A stretch of 64,000 bases of DNA from Candidatus Eiseniibacteriota bacterium (GCA_035716005.1 DASTKG010000025.1:479-64478); one strand, 5' to 3'. Counted from the first letter of the stretch, positions 45,185 through 55,342 are shown. The notes: a model not told the origin generated them from the sequence alone. Numbers and translations: made by a program.

Positions 45185-47659
45185 TCAGCCGGTGAATCCC
45201 ATTTTCTTCAAGAACACCCCCCATCTCGGATCGCCGCGAAGCGAGCGGAAGAGCGGGTCGATCTTCACCTCCGCGAGGCCCGGATCCCGGCGCGCGTACG
45301 CCTTCTCCAGCCACTCGAACGCGCGGTCCGTCTCGCCGCGAAACGCGTAGGCGCCCGCGATCTGGAAGAGCGCGTTCTCCCGATGTTTCTCGATCAGCTC
45401 GCGGAGCGCGGCGTCGGATCCCGCCCGGTCGCGCTCGAGAAAGCGCGACAGGACGAGCCCATGGAGCCGGAAGTAGTCGACCGGAACCCGCTCGAAGAGC
45501 GCCCGCGCCTCCGCCGCGCGCCCCTGCGCGATGCGAACGAGGCCCGTGCCGTAGGGTAGGAATCCGTTCTCGGGCCCGAGTTCCATCGCCTTCTTCAGCG
45601 CGCTGTCGGCCTCGGCGAGGCGGCCCGCCTGATAGGCGTGCGCGCCCAGGTTTCGCAGCGCCGAGACGCTGAGCGGATCGAGCGCGGCGGCGCGGCGGTC
45701 GAGGTCGATCGCCTGATCGAGCCGCCCGAGCGACGCGAACGCGCCGGAGACCGCGTGGAGGACGTCGGCGTTCCCCGGCGCGAGCGCGAGCGCGCGCTGG
45801 TAGGAAGAGTCCGCCAGGCTCCAGTTCCAGTCGTGCCAGAGATTGACCCAGCCGAGCGCCACGTATCCCTCGGCGAGATCCGGCTCCAACTTCAGCGATC
45901 GCTCGGCCGCCTCCCGCGCGCGCGCGAACCCTTCGTCGGCCGACGTCGCCCACCCCCACGACGCCTGCGCCATGTGGGCTCGCGAGAGCCCCGCCCAGGC
46001 GAGGGCGTTCTCGGGATCGAGGGCCACGGCGCGGCGGAAGAAGTCGATCGCCTTCGCCATGTCTCCCTCGTTGAAGCGATCGTAGAAGAAGCGCCCCTGG
46101 AGATAGAGGCGATACGCCTCGGGATTCGTTCCGCGGCCGCTCGCCGCCGCCTGAACGTCGGCGGGATTCAGCCCGGCCGCGGCGCCGGCGCCCTTGGTTC
46201 CCTCGAGCGCCGTTCGCAGTTCCTTCACCACCGCCTGCGCGATCCGATCCTGCACGGAGAAGACATCGTCGATCACGAGATCGAACGTCTCGGACCAGAC
46301 GTGAAAGCCGTCCGACGCCTGGATGAGCTGCGCCGTGATCCGATACCGCTTCCCTTCCTTCCGGACGCTCCCCTCGAGAACGTGCGCCACGTGGAGCTGC
46401 CGCCCCACCTCCGGGATTTGGACCTCCTTGCCCTTGAAACTGAACGATGACGTGCGCGCCGCGACGCGGACACCTTTCAGTTGGGCGAGAACGTTCAGCA
46501 GCTCTTCGCTGATGCCGTCGGCGAAGTATTCCTGGTCCTTCGCCGGGCTGAGATCGACGAAGGGAAGCACCGCGACCGACGCGTATTCGGCGGGAGCGGT
46601 CGCCGAGGCCGGCGACTCGGGGGGCGTCGGCTTCCCGGCGCGCGAGGACTCCCAGACGCGGTAGCCGCCGATGGCGACGGCCACGGCGACGATGACGAGC
46701 GCGGGCGCGAGCCAGCGCGGCGCGCGACGACCCGGCGTCGAGAGCCGGGCCGTCGAGGGGCGCGCGTAGGCGAGGGCTCCGCCCCCGCTCGCGACGGCGG
46801 CCTCCACGAGCCGGAGCTCGTTCCGGACGTCCTTCGCGGTCTGAAAGCGGTTCTCGGGATTCTTCTCGAGGCAGCGCCCCACGATCCGAACGAGGTCGGC
46901 GGGGAGATCGTCCCGCTCGGCGGCCATCGGCGGGGGGATGTCGCGAAGAATCGAGGAGGCGAGATCGGCTTCGGTCCGGCCGTCGAAGGGGCGCCGGCCC
47001 GTCGTCAGCTCATAGAGGATGACGCCGAGCGGGAAGAGATCGGTCCGGGCGTCGAGCGGCTCGCCTCGGAGCTGCTCGGGGGCCATGTAGGGGATCGTCC
47101 CCATCACGTGCCCCTCCACCGACTGGAATCCCTTCACCGTGAGCGTGGCGGCGTCGGCCGTGGCGTCTTGTTCGCCGGCGGCCGCCGGCTTCGCCAATCC
47201 GAAGTCGAGCACCTTCACGCGCCCGTCCTTCGACACCATCACGTTCGCGGGCTTAAGATCGCGGTGGACGATCCCCTTCTCGTGCGCCGCGGCGAGCGCG
47301 TCGGCGATCGGGATGGCGAGCTCGAGGAGGCGGGGAACGGGGAGTCCCCCGCGGGCGACCAGCAGATCGAGGCTCTCTCCCTCGACGAGCTCCATCGTGA
47401 GGAAGCGGACGCCGTCCGACTCCTCGATCGAATGGAGCGTGACGATGTTCGGATGATTGAGCGAGGCGACGGTCTTCGCCTCGCGCTCGAGCCGCGCGAG
47501 CCGCTCCGCGCTGGCCGCCACCGCCTCGGGAAGGACTTTCACCGCCACGTCGCGCCCGAGCCGGTGGTCGCGCGCGCGATAGACCTCGCCCATCCCGCCC
47601 GCGCCGAGGGGGGCGAGAATCTCGTACGCACCGAGCCGAGTACCGGTCTTCAGCGACAT
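45185..47659 (-). CDS. Ser/Thr protein kinase with TM segment, TolB-N-like periplasmic module and TPR repeats
   Basis: Kinase subdomains: GAGGMGEVY, VAVK, HRDLKPAN, DFG, APE. TM helix (WLAPALVIVAVAVAIGGY). C-terminal TPR units. Confidence 0.85.
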   Translation of the reverse strand: MSLKTGTRLGAYEILAPLGAGGMGEVYRARDHRLGRDVAVKVLPEAVAASAERLARLEREAKTVASLNHPNIVTLHSIEESDGVRFLTMELVEGESLDLLVARGGLPVPRLLELAIPIADALAAAHEKGIVHRDLKPANVMVSKDGRVKVLDFGLAKPAAAGEQDATADAATLTVKGFQSVEGHVMGTIPYMAPEQLRGEPLDARTDLFPLGVILYELTTGRRPFDGRTEADLASSILRDIPPPMAAERDDLPADLVRIVGRCLEKNPENRFQTAKDVRNELRLVEAAVASGGGALAYARPSTARLSTPGRRAPRWLAPALVIVAVAVAIGGYRVWESSRAGKPTPPESPASATAPAEYASVAVLPFVDLSPAKDQEYFADGISEELLNVLAQLKGVRVAARTSSFSFKGKEVQIPEVGRQLHVAHVLEGSVRKEGKRYRITAQLIQASDGFHVWSETFDLVIDDVFSVQDRIAQAVVKELRTALEGTKGAGAAAGLNPADVQAAASGRGTNPEAYRLYLQGRFFYDRFNEGDMAKAIDFFRRAVALDPENALAWAGLSRAHMAQASWGWATSADEGFARAREAAERSLKLEPDLAEGYVALGWVNLWHDWNWSLADSSYQRALALAPGNADVLHAVSGAFASLGRLDQAIDLDRRAAALDPLSVSALRNLGAHAYQAGRLAEADSALKKAMELGPENGFLPYGTGLVRIAQGRAAEARALFERVPVDYFRLHGLVLSRFLERDRAGSDAALRELIEKHRENALFQIAGAYAFRGETDRAFEWLEKAYARRDPGLAEVKIDPLFRSLRGDPRWGVFLKKMGFTG

Positions 47660-47662
47660 CGG

Positions 47663-50608
47663 TTAGACCGCCGACTCCTTGCAGATCGGCCTGCAGGCGC
47701 AGATGGAGCAGCGGCGGGCGTCGGGGCGGGCGTCGAAGGCGCCCGAGCGGATGGCGGCGGCGATCTCCTCGATCTTGGCGCGCGCCTTGGCGACGCGTTC
47801 CTCGTCGCACGAGGAGACACCGTTCGTTCCGGTCAGGACATAGCGGAGTTCCAGCCGGTCGGGGAGCCGCTCCGTGAGTTCCCGGTAGGCGAGAGCGTAG
47901 ACCGAGAGTTGGAGGCTCTTCCTCGACGCTTCGTCGGCCTTCTCCTCGTCGTCCTTTTCCGAGGTCTTGTAGTCGATGAGCGTGACCCCATCGGGCCCCT
48001 CGTCGACCCGATCCATGCTCCCGGTGATGACGACGTCCTCCAGTTTCACGCGGAAGTGCCGCTCCACGGCCGCGGCCGTCGGGCCCGACTCGATCTCACG
48101 CGCGCGATACGCCTGGAGCGCCTCGACGCCCTGCTGGAAGCGCTGCTTCTCGTGCTCCTCGTTCCGATATCCCTCGCTCCGCCAGACGGAGCGGAAGACG
48201 TCGATCAACTCGGCCTCCGAGATCAACTCGCCTTCCAGCCGCTTCTTCTGCGCGAACGCCACCGCCTGGTGGACCGCGTTGCCGAAGTTCACGCGGTGGT
48301 CGGCGGTGAGGATGGGATTTACGGCGAGCGTGTGGAGGAGTCTGTATTTGTACGGACAGGACTCGTAGTCCTCCAACCGCTTGTAGGAGAGCTGGAGCGG
48401 CTCGCGCGCCGCGGGACGCTCCGTCACGACCGGCGTCGACTCCGACGGCTTCTGATCCGCGATCTCGTCCATGACTCGCCGGCGCGCGCGGGCCGGAGGC
48501 GTCTTCCCGATGTCGAAGGCCTCCGCCAGGAATTGGCTCGGCTTCCGCTTCTGCTTTCCGCCGTAGTCGCGGGCGTAGGTCGTGATCAGCTCGTCCCGCG
48601 CCCGGGTGAAGGCGACGTAGCAGAGGCGCCGCTCCTCCTCGCGGTGCGCCGCCGACGGATCCTCGTCGTCGCGCTCCTTCGGGAGCTCGATTCCGCGCGC
48701 GCGGTTCGCGGTCGGGAAGCGATGCGTCGCCATCTGGACGAGGTAGACGACCGGGAATTCGAGCCCCTTCGCGCGATGGATGGTGAGGACCTGGACCACG
48801 TCGGAGGTCTCGTCGATGTCGGCGACGGCGGGGTCCTCGCCGAATTCCCGCACCGCCTCGAAATGACGGAGGAAGAGCGCCACGCGGTCGGCCAGCGCCA
48901 CTTTCTCGAACGATCGGATCAAGGCGAAGAACTTCACGATGTTCCGGGCGCGCGCCTCGTCCTCGAACGTGCGGGCCGCCATGAGGTCCTTCAGGATGCC
49001 GCGCCGCTCGAGGTAGTGGTAGAGGACCTCCCCCGTTCGCCGCCCGCGCGCGAACTCCTGGATCGCGTCGACGTCCTCGATGAGCCGCGTCAGCCGCTCG
49101 CGGCCCTCGTCGGAGATCTCGAGGGCGCCGCCGCCCGTCGCCGCGCGCCGGAAGAGCGCGCGAAGCGGCGCGGGTTGGCGCGAAAGGGCGTGCATCAACT
49201 TCGTGAGATCGTCCTCGGGGACCCCGTAGGCCTCCGACGCCAGGAGATAGAGGAACTCCGGCCGCGAATCTTGGAAGAGCGACTGGAGGAGCGAGATCAG
49301 CTCCTTGATCTCGGGGCGCTGGAAGAGCCCGCGGCTCCCCGAGAAGTAGTAGGGGATCCCCCGCTCGTCGAGCGCGCGCAGGAACGGCTCGGCGTGACGG
49401 TTGTTCCGGACGAGGATCGCCACGTCGCGCGGGCGGCGGCGCTTCTCCCGCACCGCGGCGGCGATCTCGTCGGCGACCCAGGCCGCCTCGTCGGCTTCCG
49501 CCTCGAACTCCTTCCAGACCGGTTCGACGCCGTCCTTGTCGGTCTGCAATTCCTTCGAGATGCCGTAGCGCACCTCCAGCCGCTCCTGATTCTCGAGGAT
49601 GAGCCGGCGGGAGCGGGCCAGGATCTGCCGCGTGCTCCGGTAATTCCGCCGGAGCACGATCTCCTTCGTCTCGGGATAGTGCTCGCGGAACTCGAGAATG
49701 TTCTTCAGGTGCGCGCCCCGGAACCGGTAGATGCTCTGGTCGTCGTCGCCGACCACCACCAGATTCCGGTGCCCTTCCACAAGACGCCGGACGATCTTGA
49801 ACTGCACGGGGTTCGTGTCCTGGAACTCGTCGACCAGGACGTAGCGAAACTTCTGCTGCAGCCGCCGAAGCGCCGAAGGGCTCTCGGTGAAGAGACGGTG
49901 GGTCAGCGCGAGGAGATCGCCGAAGTCGAGGAAGCCGGCGCGCCAAAGGAGCGAGTCGTAGCGCTCGTAGGCCTCGGCCAGTTCCTCGAGCCGCGACGCG
50001 TGGTCCTCCATCGCGGCCACCAGTTCGGGATCGCCGCCGCCGGCCGCGCGCGCGGCGGCCGCCCGATCCGCGTGCTCCCGGGCGGCGCGCCGGATGTCGT
50101 CGGGCCACTGCGGATCGTCCTTCGCGCGGCTGAAGAAGCCGGCCAGGTCGGCGACGTAGCGCGTCGGATCGGAGAGGGGCCGGTAGTGATTCAGGCCCAG
50201 CTCGTCGAGCCGTTCCGCCAGGAAGAGGGCCTGCGACGTCCCGTCGAGCACCGAGAACCCGGGCGCGATGCCGATCTCCAGACCGTACTGCGCCAGCACG
50301 TTTTCGCCGAATGCGTGGAACGTCTGAATCGTGACGTCGGCATAGCCGTAGGGAACGAGAAGATCGACCCGTTCCTGCATCTCGGCCGCGGCTTTGTCGT
50401 TGAACGCGAGCGCCAGAATCTCCGAGGGCCGCGCGCGCTTCGAGGCGATGAGATGCGCGATCCGCCGCGCGATGACGGTCGTCTTCCCGGTGCCGGCGCC
50501 GGCCACGATGAGGAGCGGCCCGTCGCCGTGTTCCACGGCGGCGCGCTGGTCGTCGTCGAGGGCGATTTCGGGTGCGGGAGGGTTGAGAAGTTCGGGGGCC
50601 TGATCCAT
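47663..50608 (-). CDS. UvrD/PcrA-like superfamily-1 helicase fused to a C-terminal Cas4/AddB-type PD-(D/E)xK nuclease domain with a Cys cluster
   Basis: Walker A GAGTGKTT. Motifs II and III (VLVDEFQDTNP, VVGDDDQSIYRFRGA). Motif VI (VAFTRARDEL). C-terminal ..YESCPYKY.. and ..DYKTSEKDDEEKA.. ending in CSICACRPIC (the Cx2Cx5C of a 4Fe-4S nuclease domain). Only 3 nt separate its stop from the kinase start. Confidence 0.8.
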   Translation of the reverse strand: MDQAPELLNPPAPEIALDDDQRAAVEHGDGPLLIVAGAGTGKTTVIARRIAHLIASKRARPSEILALAFNDKAAAEMQERVDLLVPYGYADVTIQTFHAFGENVLAQYGLEIGIAPGFSVLDGTSQALFLAERLDELGLNHYRPLSDPTRYVADLAGFFSRAKDDPQWPDDIRRAAREHADRAAAARAAGGGDPELVAAMEDHASRLEELAEAYERYDSLLWRAGFLDFGDLLALTHRLFTESPSALRRLQQKFRYVLVDEFQDTNPVQFKIVRRLVEGHRNLVVVGDDDQSIYRFRGAHLKNILEFREHYPETKEIVLRRNYRSTRQILARSRRLILENQERLEVRYGISKELQTDKDGVEPVWKEFEAEADEAAWVADEIAAAVREKRRRPRDVAILVRNNRHAEPFLRALDERGIPYYFSGSRGLFQRPEIKELISLLQSLFQDSRPEFLYLLASEAYGVPEDDLTKLMHALSRQPAPLRALFRRAATGGGALEISDEGRERLTRLIEDVDAIQEFARGRRTGEVLYHYLERRGILKDLMAARTFEDEARARNIVKFFALIRSFEKVALADRVALFLRHFEAVREFGEDPAVADIDETSDVVQVLTIHRAKGLEFPVVYLVQMATHRFPTANRARGIELPKERDDEDPSAAHREEERRLCYVAFTRARDELITTYARDYGGKQKRKPSQFLAEAFDIGKTPPARARRRVMDEIADQKPSESTPVVTERPAAREPLQLSYKRLEDYESCPYKYRLLHTLAVNPILTADHRVNFGNAVHQAVAFAQKKRLEGELISEAELIDVFRSVWRSEGYRNEEHEKQRFQQGVEALQAYRAREIESGPTAAAVERHFRVKLEDVVITGSMDRVDEGPDGVTLIDYKTSEKDDEEKADEASRKSLQLSVYALAYRELTERLPDRLELRYVLTGTNGVSSCDEERVAKARAKIEEIAAAIRSGAFDARPDARRCSICACRPICKESAV

Positions 50609-50616
50609 GCCCAAGC

Positions 50617-51975
50617 CTACCGCGGCACGAGGAGGAAGGCGAGCGAGACGACCGGGACGTAGATGCAGAAGAGAATCATGCAAAACCCGAGAATCTCCCG
50701 GAAGTCGAGCTTCGCCGCCGCCAGGAGCGGGAGCGCCCAGAAGGGCTGGATGATGTCGGTCATCATGTCGCCCCACGCGTAGGCGGTGACCACCTTCGCC
50801 GCGGGAACCCCGAGCGACTGCCCGGCCGAGAGGATGTAGGGCGCCTCGATGGCCCACTTCGAGCCGCCCGACGGCACGAAGTAGTTCACGAGCCCCGAGT
50901 ACCAGTAGACGATGACGGGATAGGTCTGCGGCGACGCGATCGAGGCGAACCCCCGCGCGAGCGCGTCGGCGAGGTGCGTCTCCTTGATGATGCCGTACAT
51001 GCCCGCGTAGAGCGGGAACTGGAGCACGATGCCGAAGATGAGCCGCCCGGCGTCCTCGGCCGCGTCGACGAGCGCCGCCGCCGAACGGTGGAGCGCGACG
51101 GCGAGCCCCATCATGGCGAAATTGAGCGCGTTCAGCGTGACCGGATGTTGAGGCCGCGCGAGATAGCCGGCGATCCAGACGATCGCGAGCGCGCCGAACG
51201 TCACGTTCACCCATCGCGAGTGCTCCAGCCGCGACGCGAGCGTGCGCGCCTCGGGGCCGGTAGGCGGCGCGGGAGGCGTCCAGACCTTGATCGCGTCGAG
51301 CTGCGCCGGGCTCGCGACGACGGTCCGCTCCCGGCTCGGATGGAGGAGCGGCGTCAGCACCGCGAACATCAGAATGACCACGGCGACCAGGATCAGGTTG
51401 AACGGGGCGAAGATCGTCTGCGATGCCGGGATGAGACCGATCTCCTTCTCGAGGAAGTGCCCCGGCGTGGCGACGAGGAGGGGCGCCGACGCGGAGAGCC
51501 CCGCGTGCCACGTCGTCCCCATGCCGAGGTAGGCGGCCGCGACGAGGAGGCGGTAGTCGACCCCGGAGCGCCGGCGTCCCATCTCGCGGACAAGCACCGC
51601 GCTCCCGACGATGCTGAGCCCCCAGTGGACGAGCGCGAGGAGCATCGAGAGGAGCGCCATCAGGAGGATCGCCTGCCGCGGCGTGCGCGGACGCGAGGCG
51701 AGCCACGCGAGCCCCCGCGCCACCGGCGGCGAGACCGCGACGATGCTCCCGGTGAACATCACCAGGCACATCTGCATCGAGAAGGGGAGCAACTCCCAGA
51801 AGCCGTCGCCCCAGTAGCGGACGGCGTCGAAGGGCGTGGCGCGGCCGACGGTGAGGCCGAGGAGGAAGATGAGGAGCGTGAGGATCCACGCGATGGTGAA
51901 CGCCCCGGGAATCCAGCGCTGACTCCAATCGTTGAGCCGAACGGCCGTCCCCGCGAAGAGTCCCGTGACGCTCAT
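50617..51975 (-). CDS. short-chain fatty acid transporter (AtoE family)
   Basis: About 450-aa polytopic membrane protein similar to the AtoE/SCFA transporter family (..YGIIKETHLADAL.., ..WGDMMTDIIQPFWALPLL..). Confidence 0.75.
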   Translation of the reverse strand: MSVTGLFAGTAVRLNDWSQRWIPGAFTIAWILTLLIFLLGLTVGRATPFDAVRYWGDGFWELLPFSMQMCLVMFTGSIVAVSPPVARGLAWLASRPRTPRQAILLMALLSMLLALVHWGLSIVGSAVLVREMGRRRSGVDYRLLVAAAYLGMGTTWHAGLSASAPLLVATPGHFLEKEIGLIPASQTIFAPFNLILVAVVILMFAVLTPLLHPSRERTVVASPAQLDAIKVWTPPAPPTGPEARTLASRLEHSRWVNVTFGALAIVWIAGYLARPQHPVTLNALNFAMMGLAVALHRSAAALVDAAEDAGRLIFGIVLQFPLYAGMYGIIKETHLADALARGFASIASPQTYPVIVYWYSGLVNYFVPSGGSKWAIEAPYILSAGQSLGVPAAKVVTAYAWGDMMTDIIQPFWALPLLAAAKLDFREILGFCMILFCIYVPVVSLAFLLVPR

Positions 51976-52054
51976 GCCGCCGGACGCTACCAGAGCGCGC
52001 GGCGGAGGCACAACGGGCTTGGGGGGCCCGAGGACGGGGTGTATCCTGCCGGGG

Positions 52055-53125
52055 ATGGACGAGAACGAAGGGGCTCCGCTCCCACCGTCACCGGCGCCGG
52101 CGCCGCCCGCGCCGTCGGAGCCGGCCGTGCCGCCGATTCCCGCGGCGATTCCTCCCGCGCCGTTCGTTCCGCGCGCGCCGCTATTGCCGCCGGTCGGCGA
52201 TTTCCTGCGGGAGGTCCTCTCGCTCGGCCGGAAGTCGATCCTCCCCGCGCTTCCGGCCCTCGTGCTTCTCTATTTCTACCGATTGGGGATGGGGCTCTAT
52301 CTCGTCTTCGCGGGCGACACGACCTCGCCCCTGGGATTCCCCGACTATCAGGGACGCGCCGTGACGTGGATCGTGACGGCGACCGCCTACCTGCCGCTTC
52401 TCGTGCTCGTCTACACGCCCTTCCTCCCGCTCCAGGACGGCCTGATTCGCGGGACGAAACGGACGTTCGTCGAGTCGATCAAGCACGTGCTCGAGCTCCT
52501 CTGGCCGTACGGCGTTTCGTCGTTCTATCAACTCCTCATCATCGCGATCCCCGCGGCCGGCATCATGGTGCTGGCCGCGCTCGCCATGATGCCGCTCACC
52601 AACCTTCCCGAGCAGATCCGGGCCCTGCTGCTCTTCTTCGCGCTGATTCCCGCCGGCCTCTGGATCCTGGCCGCGATGTTCCTCCTCTCCTTCGCGACGC
52701 CGCTCCTGATCCTGGACGGGTGGGGGCCCGCCGCGTCGATCCGCGAAAGCGTCCGGTTGGTGCGCCGCAGCTTCGGCGCCCTCTTCGGCCGTTTCTTCAT
52801 CTTCGCCGTCGTGCTCGTCTTCGCCGGCGTCGCCGCGTCGTTCCCGTCGGCGATGCTCAACGTCGTCACGACCGTGGCGCGGCAGAAGATGATCGCGGCG
52901 GACATCGCCCGCGTCTTCTGGGACAGCCTGGTGAGCACCGCGCTCTTCCCCTTCACCATCGCCGGACTCCTGCTCATCTATCGGGCCATCGTGCCGGGCA
53001 CGGCCGCGGCCGATCGCGCGACGGCCGATCGCGCCGAGGCGGGAAGCCCCGGCGCCGCGGAACCGCCGCAGGTCCCCATCGCGGGGCCCACGACCACCAC
53101 GACGAGCCCCTACCAGTTCGAGTAG
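52055..53125 (+). CDS. hypothetical membrane protein with a Pro-rich N-terminal region
   Basis: PAPAPPAPSEPAVPPIPAAIPPAPFVP low-complexity N-terminus, then about 7 TM helices. No motif recognised. Confidence 0.45.
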   Translation: MDENEGAPLPPSPAPAPPAPSEPAVPPIPAAIPPAPFVPRAPLLPPVGDFLREVLSLGRKSILPALPALVLLYFYRLGMGLYLVFAGDTTSPLGFPDYQGRAVTWIVTATAYLPLLVLVYTPFLPLQDGLIRGTKRTFVESIKHVLELLWPYGVSSFYQLLIIAIPAAGIMVLAALAMMPLTNLPEQIRALLLFFALIPAGLWILAAMFLLSFATPLLILDGWGPAASIRESVRLVRRSFGALFGRFFIFAVVLVFAGVAASFPSAMLNVVTTVARQKMIAADIARVFWDSLVSTALFPFTIAGLLLIYRAIVPGTAAADRATADRAEAGSPGAAEPPQVPIAGPTTTTTSPYQFE

Positions 53126-53140
53126 GCGGCGGGCCGGCCG

Positions 53141-54100
53141 ATGACGACGGAACGAATCGGAACCGCATCGGGCCCTTCCCATACGAAGCCGCGGCCCGCC
53201 GTCGTCCATCACGACGGCTACTTCGCCGACATCGGCATGCATGTCTTCCCGATGCGGAAGTATCGGCTCGTGCGCGAGGAGATCGTCCGCCGCGGACTCG
53301 TGCGCGACGAAGAGATCCTCGCCCCCGCGCCCGCGACCGTGGAGCAGGTCCGCCGCGTCCACGATCAGGCGTACGTCGACAAGCTCCTCCAGGGACGCCT
53401 CTCGGCGCTGGAGGAAGCGGTGCTGGAACTCCCCTACTCGAAGGAGCTCGTGGAGGCGTCGTTTCTCTGCGCCGGCGGGAGCATCCTGGCGGCGGGGCTG
53501 GCGCTGGAGCGAGGGATGGCGATCCACATCGGCGGGGGCCTCCACCACGCGTTTCCCGATCACGGCGAGGGATTCTGCGTGCTGAACGACGTGGCGATCG
53601 CGCTCCGAGACCTGCTCGCGACTCGGCGCATCCGGCGCGCCGCCGTCATCGACCTCGACGTGCATCAAGGGAACGGCACCGCGGCCATCTTCCGTGACGA
53701 CCCCACCGTCTTCACCTTCTCGATCCACGAGCAGGACAACTACCCGGCCATCAAACCGCCCAGCGATCTCGACGTCGGGCTGCAGACCCACGCGGGAAGC
53801 GAGGAATATCTCGCCGCGCTCCGGCACCACGTGCCGCGCATTCTCGATCGCGTGGAGCCCGACCTCGTGGCCTACGTGGCTGGAGCCGATCCCTTCGAGG
53901 AGGATCAGCTGGGGCGGCTGCTGCTCGCGCGGGAAGACCTGCGAGCGCGGGACCGCCTGGTCCTGGACGCCTGCGTGGTGCGGGACATCCCCGTCTTCAC
54001 CACGCTCGCCGGAGGCTACGCTCGGGACGTGCGCGACACCGTCGGGATCCACGCCGATCTGGTGGTCGAGGCGTTTCGGATCTTCGGGGCACATTCATGA
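53141..54100 (+). CDS. histone deacetylase-family (arginase/deacetylase superfamily, AcuC/HDAC class) protein
   Basis: HDAC signatures: ..GGGLHHAFPDHGEGFCVLNDVA.. and ..DLDVHQGNGT.. (Zn ligands D, H, D). C-terminal ..GGYARD... Confidence 0.8.
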   Translation: MTTERIGTASGPSHTKPRPAVVHHDGYFADIGMHVFPMRKYRLVREEIVRRGLVRDEEILAPAPATVEQVRRVHDQAYVDKLLQGRLSALEEAVLELPYSKELVEASFLCAGGSILAAGLALERGMAIHIGGGLHHAFPDHGEGFCVLNDVAIALRDLLATRRIRRAAVIDLDVHQGNGTAAIFRDDPTVFTFSIHEQDNYPAIKPPSDLDVGLQTHAGSEEYLAALRHHVPRILDRVEPDLVAYVAGADPFEEDQLGRLLLAREDLRARDRLVLDACVVRDIPVFTTLAGGYARDVRDTVGIHADLVVEAFRIFGAHS

Positions 54101-54259
54101 CCCCGACGGTGATCCAAATCACAGAGTGAGACGGGCGGTCCGCCCTAGACTTCGCGGATGATGACGAAACTGTCCCGGATCGAGGCTCGGGATTTCGGTC
54201 TCGTTCGCCGCGAATCTCGAGCCGATCTTCCCAGCCTGGGTGAACGCTCGCGGCACGCG

Positions 54260-55342
54260 ATGCTCTTCTTCGCCCTGCTGCTCGCGGCCGGCGCCGCGGC
54301 GCCGCGCGCGCAAGCCCTCCCCCGCTACTCCGCCCGCTACGAGCAGAAGTGCGCCCTCTGCCACGTGAACCCCTCCGGCGGAGGGATGCGCTCCACCTAC
54401 GCGGCGCAGGACCTCGTTCCCAAGGAGATCGCCTGGTCGAGGATGAAGCCCGAGGCGATCGCCGAGATCGAGACCCACCTCGCGAAGCAGATCCTGATCG
54501 GCGCGGATCTGCGCGAGATCTACCTCGGCGCCGACATCGAGCCGGCGCATCAGAACTTCTTCCAGATGCAGTCGTCCCTCTACCTCGCGATCCAGCCCGA
54601 TCCCAGGGTCACGCTCTACTTCAATCGCGGCCAGTCGAGCAGCTACGAGAGCTGGGCGCTCGGCTACATTCTCCCCACGCTCTACGTGAAGGCGGGCCGC
54701 TTCGTGCCGTCCTACGGCTGGAAGTTCGACGACCACACGATGTTCGTCCGGAACGAGCTCGGCTTCATGCCCCCCGGGAACACCGACGTCGGTCTCGAAG
54801 CGGGCTACTCGATCGGTTCGATCGACATCCAGGCGGGTGTGGTGAACGGAAGTCCGGGCGGAGCAACGGACAGCGACACGAAGGTCGCCGGGGTCGTGAA
54901 CGCGGTCGGCCGGCGCCGCTTCGGCCCGTTCGGCGCGGCGCTCGGCGCGTCCGGCTACCACCACCCCACGAAGAGCCGGGACTACGACACCGCCGGGCTC
55001 TACGGCTATCTCACCTGGCAGCGCTTCACGTGGATCGGCGAGGCGGATCTCGTCCGCCGCCAGGAGGCGGGCGGGCCGGTCGTGCAGGGCGTCGTCCGTT
55101 CGCACGAACTCTCGTACCTGCTCCACCGCGGCCTCGAGCTCAAGGCGACGTACGACTTCTTCGATCCCGATCGCGACCGCGAGTCGGGGGCGAAGTCGCG
55201 GTGGGGCGGCGGCGTCTACGCGATGCCGTTCGCGTACCTGACGCTCGAAGGCCTCGTGCGGCGAATCGACTACAGCGACGGCCTGGCCTATTCGGGCCAG
55301 GACTACACCGAAACGTTGCTGCAACTCCACGCGCTCTACTGA
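54260..55342 (+). CDS. outer-membrane beta-barrel protein carrying an N-terminal CxxCH motif
   Basis: Signal peptide MLFFALLLAAGAAAPRAQA. Mature N-terminus ..YSARYEQKCALCHVNPSGGG.. carries the CxxCH heme-c attachment consensus. The rest is amphipathic beta-strands ending ..LLQLHALY with an aromatic terminus. Confidence 0.55.
   Translation: MLFFALLLAAGAAAPRAQALPRYSARYEQKCALCHVNPSGGGMRSTYAAQDLVPKEIAWSRMKPEAIAEIETHLAKQILIGADLREIYLGADIEPAHQNFFQMQSSLYLAIQPDPRVTLYFNRGQSSSYESWALGYILPTLYVKAGRFVPSYGWKFDDHTMFVRNELGFMPPGNTDVGLEAGYSIGSIDIQAGVVNGSPGGATDSDTKVAGVVNAVGRRRFGPFGAALGASGYHHPTKSRDYDTAGLYGYLTWQRFTWIGEADLVRRQEAGGPVVQGVVRSHELSYLLHRGLELKATYDFFDPDRDRESGAKSRWGGGVYAMPFAYLTLEGLVRRIDYSDGLAYSGQDYTETLLQLHALY

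Noticed and set aside
45185-50608. Calling the helicase-nuclease plus STK pair a defined anti-phage system
   Set aside because: The STK-TPR-TolB_N architecture is a common housekeeping sensor-kinase type in high-GC soil phyla. Without conservation data the 3-nt spacing alone does not establish a functional pair. I kept it as a moderate-interest finding only.
50609-51928. N-terminal extension of the helicase ORF (47663..51928) into the atoE gene
   Set aside because: The extension is low-complexity and overlaps atoE in another frame. The helicase begins at MDQAPELLNPP (ATG ending at 50608), just before the Walker A motif.
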